From positions 75,020,001-75,084,000 of the forward strand of contig NC_058385.1 in assembly GCF_018350175.1 (NCBI RefSeq): 64,000 bases of DNA, given 5' to 3'. Positions within the stretch are counted from its first letter, which is position 1; every line of letters begins with the position of its first letter. Under the pieces are notes generated by a model. It saw only the letters and a program-made list of their open reading frames with translations. It made no database searches and had not been told where the DNA came from. This DNA is from Felis catus. Lineage: Eukaryota. Positions 58,406 to 64,000 of this stretch are shown here, one piece after another. The position numbers and the translations under genes are program-made.

Positions 58406-58630
58406 TTAAATGTTGATTTATTCTTGTAGAGAGACAGAGAGAAGGAGAGAGAGACAGACAGAGCACGAGCCGGGGAGGGGCAGAGAGAGAGGGAGACGCA
58501 GAATCCGAAGCAGGCTCCAGGCTCCGAGCGGTCCGCACAGAGCCGGACGCGGGGCTCGAACTCACAAACTGCGAGATCATGGCCTGAGCTGAAGTCGGAC
58601 GCTTAAATGACTGAGCCCCGCAGGAGCCCC
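58406..58630 (-). mobile_element. Can-SINE
   Basis: TSD aagtaattt on both flanks. Confidence 0.94.
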
Positions 58631-59153
58631 TGAAGTAATTTCAAAGGGGCGTTTGTAGCTGGTTAGGGAAGGAAGGGACCCTAGAGATCCCTGAATCCAG
58701 CCCTTCCTGTTGACCCACGGGACTCAGTGGCCAGCACGGTGCAGAAGCGTGCCCAAAGTTGCCTGGCGATGTTGTGTTCCTTCCCTTCCAGACGATAGCT
58801 TATTATCAGCTAACGCAGTGTCGCTCCCATGTTCTAAGATTTCCTGTAAACAACGACAGTAAAGCAAAGATTCTATATGATCGCTGAATATATTTACAGA
58901 GGGCTTGCTCTAGGCATCACTACTTCGGTTTCGTGGCAAAGGTAAAATTCACAAATAGCATCATCTGTTTCGAAAAGATCTTTTAGGGCTTAATCTGCCA
59001 CAGAGCTCCCCTTCCAGCTAACCGAAGTCTCTCAGGCTGTCTTGTGTCAGTTTCTGAAATGAAATGGACCCTTTTCTCTGGGCGCTCACAAGACTATGCC
59101 TCCCTCCGCTATGGCAGGCCTCCTCACACTGTGTTTAAGACACAAGGCGCCTT

Positions 59154-59378
59154 GGGGCACCTGGGTGGCTCAGTCGGTTGAGCGTCCGGCTTCGGCTCAG
59201 GTCATGATCTCGCGGTCCGTGGGTTCGAGCCCCGCGTCGGGCTCTGTGCTGACGGCTCGGAGCCTGGAGCCCGCTTCGGATTCTGGGTCTCCCTCCCTCT
59301 CTGCTCCTCCCCCACTCATGCTCTCTGTCTCTCTCTCCTTCAAAAATAAACAAAAACATTAAAAAAAATTAAAAATAA
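59154..59378 (+). mobile_element. Can-SINE
   Basis: TSD aagacacaaggc(g/a)cctt at 59137-59153 and 59379-59395. Confidence 0.96.
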
Positions 59379-59666
59379 AAGACACAAGGCACCTTGTGTC
59401 GCCTCTCTCACGGAAGCACAGGCTGCTTCGGGCGGAGGATCTGGCAGGTGCCATTGCTGACCACAGGCCGGGCACATGGAGCCTGCTCAGGAGACAGGCT
59501 GGATTCACACCCCAGAGCCCCCGGAGCCCCCTGCCTTCTCGTCAGAGTCAAGGACGCTGAGGACAAGGCAGAGTAAGTGAGGGATTCCTAGTTGTTTCGC
59601 TGTTTCCCGGGAGGGCTGGAACTCAGAGATTTCACACACTTCAGACAGAAGAGGATTCTGCCGTTC

Positions 59667-59730
59667 AGAGTCTCTGTGTGTCCACGTCAGGGGCCCTGAG
59701 AGTCTCCGTGTGTCCAGATCAGGTGCCCTC
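59667..59730. repeat. 2 x 32-bp diverged tandem repeat
   Basis: 27 of 32 positions identical. Confidence 0.85.
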
Positions 59731-60237
59731 ACAGTAACTTTACGGTGACGATGAATCAGCCAAAACCACTCCCAACGCTCATGGCGCCCAAGGGAAGTTG
59801 AGGGGAAACCTGCTCAGAATGTGCTCCACACCCTCTGGTCCCCCTGAAACTCCTGCCCATCCAACAGGAAAATGGGAGCACTTCTCCATGGCGAGCACCC
59901 CCCTCCAACTCTGGCGAACCCCTGCATCGGCTTCCTCTTCCCTTTTTCTGCATTCAGTTGACCCAGGCCTCGCCTTAGCAGATGAAAGAACAGGTCAGGG
60001 GAGAAAGAATACATTTTATCTAACTGCTCCCACGCCTTTCCCCAGAGTCCAGGGGGGAATCCCGTAGGGAATCCCAGGAGGGAATAGGCGCTCCGGCTGG
60101 CACCTCAGATCTAAACCAGTAAGCCACACTGGGCCACCGGGGAACAGAAGCCAAGATTCCTCCCTTTTCTGCTTTCCTCTGGATGTGCCCCCCGGGATGT
60201 TATCTGGGAAACCAATGGATTAGAAAGGGAGGGAATT

Positions 60238-60467
60238 GGGGCGCCTGGGTGGCGCAGTCGGTTAAGCGTCCGACTTCAGCCAGGTTACGATCTCGCGGTC
60301 CGTGAGTTCGAGCCCCGCGTCGGGCTCTAGGCTGATGGCTCAGAGCCTGGAGCCTGTTTCCGATTCTGTGTCTCCCTCTCTCTCTGCCCCTCCCCCGTTC
60401 ATGCTCTGTCTCTCTCTGTCCCAAAAATAAATAAAAACGTTGAGAAAAAAAAATTAAAAAAAAAAAA
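60238..60467 (+). mobile_element. Young SINEC_Fc
   Basis: Same diagnostic bases as 527-740 (gcgcagtc, cttcagccagg, gctgatgg, ctgtcccaaaaat); perfect 15-bp TSD agaaagggagggaat at 60222-60236 and 60468-60482. Confidence 0.97.
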
Positions 60468-60760
60468 AGAAAGGGAGGGAATCTGCGTACTGACTTTAGA
60501 AATTCTTAGGGGAATGTGACTCCTTTTTACTATAGAAGACATAAACGTGCATATGAATAGGCGATTTTATTGCTGGATTTGAGCATTACATTTTATTAGT
60601 GTAGTGGGTGGGTTTTCTCGCGCTCATTACAACTGTTAGCAGCAAGGACCGGAGAGCTTCGCCCGCGTGCACGAAGAGCAATGTTCTGGGGGAGCCTCGT
60701 ACCCCGTCTCTGAATGTGTATCCAGGCACCGTGATCCTTGAGGGCAGGGGCCACTTCCCT

Positions 60761-60960
60761 TTGTTTGCTTGCTTGCTTGCTTGTTTGTTTAGCACGTGCT
60801 AGTGGGCGAGGGGCAGAGAGAGAGGGAGAGAGAGAATTCCAAGCAGACTCCACACTCAGCGCGGAGCCCTGACACGGGGCTCCAGCCACGACTCTGGGAT
60901 GGTGACCTGAGCCGAAATCACGAGTCGAACGCTCAGCCAATGGAGCCACCCAGGCGCCCC
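60761..60960 (-). mobile_element. Older Can-SINE with (TTGC)n tail
   Basis: aattccaagcagactccacact variant. Confidence 0.9.
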
Positions 60961-61444
60961 AGCTTCTCACTTTCCTCTCCCCCCAGCATGCTGCTGGGCG
61001 TACATTCTGTGCTGATCTGCATCTTCTGCTTTTAATTCTGGTGGCAGTGTTCTCCCCTCTGCCCTGCGCTGCCCTTAGACACGAACAGGCTTTCTGCAGG
61101 CCGAGTTCCATCCTGGCCCCATTGATTTCTGTGCGATCAGCCCAGGAAATGAATTGGCAGGCAGGTGGGGAGATGTTACGAAATGAATGGTCATTGAGAA
61201 CTCCATCAGGAGCTGGAGCCAGAGCCCAGAGGGAAATGTATCACCAGAGACAACAGCGCTAGGACTTAGGGACGGGTCCCCCCCAGATGCTGGCTCCTGT
61301 CCTCAGGGCTCACGTGAAGCTCTCCCAGTCCCTGCAGGACAAGTACGTGCCGTCATAGAAGATGTGGAGAGCGAGCATGAGTTGTGGGGGGGAACAAGCC
61401 AGGGAGCCAGGCTAATCTCACTTACATCTGACCCCTGAGCTTCG

Positions 61445-61534
61445 AGCAAGTTGCAAAAGGTCTCCAAGCCTCAGTTTCTCCATCCATAAAATGGGTATGA
61501 CGACACTCTGTTTTGTGATGGGTATGTAAGTTAG
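61445..61534 (+). mobile_element. MIR fragment
   Basis: gcctcagtttctccatccataaaatggg. Confidence 0.7.
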
Positions 61535-62129
61535 TATGATAGGAAAAGATAGGATAAACCAGTCCGAGAGGGAAAGATTAGCACCTGCGGTCCCCAGTGG
61601 GGAAAAACACATATTTTGAAACAATGATGGGACTGTCTGACCACAGCAAACCCCCTCCGGCCTAAGGTTCCTCCTGAGTGTAATAGACACCACCTACTCC
61701 CCCTCAGGATCCCCTCAGGCATTGGGCAATCAAAGACCCGACAACAAAATAAGTAGTAGACCATGAAATGTATGACCCACAAGGAATGATATGGTCATAG
61801 GTCACCCCTTGTGATGGAATCAAGCCAATCAGGAATGGACAATCCAGGACTAGAGTTATCAAGCCAGTAAGGGTAAAACCCGAGAAGTAGCAAGGGGGAA
61901 AGGGAGGGGGGTGGGGACCAGAACCTTATAAAACAAGGATCCTTGCCTGTAGTCACGGGCATTCTCTTTCAAATATCCCCTTTCTGCAAGGAGAGCTTTC
62001 AAGGTGTTCTTACTCTCTGATCTTACACTCTAATAAATTTCTGCCTGCTGCTCATCTGTGTCCATCTTTTCGTTCTTCGAAGCAGCGAGACCACGAATCC
62101 CGGGGATTGAGGTAAAGAATCCTGCAACA
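61535..62129 (+). mobile_element. ERV1-type solo LTR, about 595 bp
   Basis: CCAAT 61825, TATAAAA 61927, AATAAA 62032, ends cctgcaaCA; possible 4-bp TSD ttag/tcag; no PBS after it. Confidence 0.8.
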
Positions 62130-62575
62130 TCAGCAGAGAATGAGTCACTGAACATAAATCCCCTTTCCCAGTGACCGACCCGTCATCTACGTTTTTAATA
62201 AACGAATACACGAATGAGTATAAATTTCCTACCACAGCGCATGTCATATAGTCTGCTGTTAAAAGTCAAGTCAGTTCCCTCACCCACCAAGATATCATCC
62301 CTCCCACCGGTTGGCTTTCATGATTTGTACATGCTGGCTCAGACTGGTGAAATGATCGTGTCAAAATTACAGAGAGACAAGCCAGAACTCCTACTTTCCC
62401 GTCCCTCATTCCTCTGCTCCACATGGCTCCAGCTAGCTCACCCCCACACCGCCTCCAGAGTAATGCAGATCAGTTGTCCGACCTCTCCCAAAGAGATCTT
62501 CCACACCCACTGGGGTGACACTGAGCAAGGTCCTCCAACCTTACTTCTGCCTACCATCACCCCCCGTCTTACCAC

Positions 62576-62835
62576 TGGCAGTGGTTAATTTTATGTGTCA
62601 ACTTGTCTAGGCCACGAGACCCAGATATTTGGTCACATATTATTCTAGATGTTTCTTTAAAGGTGGTTTTAGATGAGATTAAAATTTAAATCAGTATACT
62701 TTAGTAAGGCAGTTTATCCTCTACAACGAAGGTGGGCCTCATCTAATCTGTTGAAGGCTCGAATTAAAAAAAAAAAAAAAGGATGAACCCCTCCTCCAGG
62801 AATGAGGAATTCTACTGGCAGACAGCCTCAGCCAG
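62576..62835 (+). mobile_element. MLT2 (MLT2D-like) ERVL LTR 5' part
   Basis: ggttaattttatgtgtcaacttg...cccagatatttggtca, ggtgggcctcatctaatctgttgaagg. Confidence 0.88.
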
Positions 62836-62844
62836 GTGGTCAAG

Positions 62845-63750
62845 CTTAAACACCAAGAGTCATAAATCAAGTCGATTGTTTGCACCCTTGACATACGATG
62901 AAAATGGCACCTACCTCTTCTTCCCCTGAAACTCATAACCCCAGTCTACTCACGAGAAAAACCGGTTCCAATAGTAGGGAATCCTCAAAACTGCTAAGGA
63001 CATAAAAAAACGAGGGCAGTCTGAGGAACGGCCGAGAGGAGCGTCAGGAGACGTGACTGACTATAACGTGGTGCCCTGGATAGAAGAAGCCTGGAACAGA
63101 GAAGGGACATGAGAACCTAAGACAATCTGAATAAAATGTGGACTTGGTTGGCAATAGGGCATCGATATCAATGCACTGACTACAAGCGATGTGCCAGACT
63201 GGTTTGAGATGTGAACGCAGCACCCCCTTTATCTGAGGTTCAGTTCCCCGCAGCCGACTGAGGTCCAGAAGCAGACGATCCTCCTTGTGACCCATTGTCG
63301 GAAGGTCAACAGGAGGCTAGGTCACGGCTCCTGAATCATCCTTCTCGTTCCATCTCATCACGTAGGTGTTACAGCATCGCACATCCTCACAAGAATAAAG
63401 GTGAGTACGGATATTTGGAGAGAGAGAGACCATGTTCACATAGCTTTGATTATAGTATATTGTTGTAATTATTCTATTTTATTATTAGCTATTGTCAATC
63501 TCTTACTGTGCCTAATCTATAAACTTTATCAGTGGTGTATATGTGTGGACAGGAAAAAAACATAGTATACAGAGGGTTTGGTCCTATCTGGGGTTTCAGG
63601 CATCTCCTCAGGGTCTGGGATTGCACCCCTCGCAGGTAAGGGGGTACCACCGTGATAAGAGAAGTTATGTGTGGAGTATATGGGTGTGCTTCATACTGTC
63701 TTCTACATTTTTCTGTAAATCTAAACCAATAAACCCTCTTTTTAAAGAAT
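62845..63750 (+). mobile_element. L1MC/MD-like 3' end split by a Tigger element
   Basis: aaacccagtcta, tctgaataaaatgtggact, tttttctgtaaatctaaa. Confidence 0.75.
63218..63652. mobile_element. MER44/Tigger7-derived element
   Basis: TIR-like ends cagcacccccttta ... taagggggtaccaccg; catctcatcacgtagg, aatctcttactgtgcctaat, ggtttcaggcatc. Confidence 0.88.
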
Positions 63751-63805
63751 GGGAAAGTTATTAAACATCAACAAATATCAATATCTTGACCTTACTTGAA
63801 TCCTG

Positions 63806-63844
<39 letters not shown>
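63806..63844. repeat. (CA)n microsatellite
   Basis: Direct reading. Confidence 0.95.
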
Positions 63845-63846
<2 letters not shown>

Positions 63847-64000
63847 GAAAGAAAACCGGGACTCAAACCACTGATCACCTGAGACACTGTGGACGCACTC
63901 ATGTTTCTTTAATTGATTTTCTCTTTTCCCATAGAACGACATTCACAGAACTTAGTTGAAGTGGGAAATTCTCTCTAGCTTTAGTCTTTCAGGACTGGGA

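Noticed and set aside
31988-62129. LTRs as ends of a provirus
   Set aside because: The LTRs belong to different families; no PBS, PPT or gag/pol/env sequence is seen
1-64000. Window-wide enrichment of NF-kB or AP-1 sites
   Set aside because: About 8 degenerate kB or TGASTCA matches are expected by chance in 64 kb, and my partial counts are not clearly above that; only local clusters are reported

Overview
Mammalian genomic DNA, almost certainly a cat-family (felid) assembly: about 30 Can-SINE (SINEC_Fc-type) copies, two felid L1 3' ends, and older eutherian repeats (L1MA/MB/MC, L2, MIR, MLT/MER LTRs, hAT and Tigger MITEs), with two N gaps. I recognise no protein-coding gene, pseudogene, rRNA, tRNA or CRISPR array. 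The supplied ORFs are explained by repeats, low complexity or chance, and I cannot name a host or neighbouring gene. Repeat family names come from recalled consensus sequences, not from a database run, and coordinates of old repeats are approximate. The best lead for an unannotated system is a repeat-free block at about 17.6-19.8 kb. It looks like a divergent, immune-motif-rich promoter with splice donors on both strands and a possible + strand spliced non-coding transcript, and it sits within a long run of uniformly minus-oriented SINEs. Other well-supported structures are a twin-primed (5'-inverted) L1, a SINE-associated deletion, nested or shared-target insertions, a SINE that split a 20-bp palindrome, a forkhead-motif cluster and several short tandem duplications.
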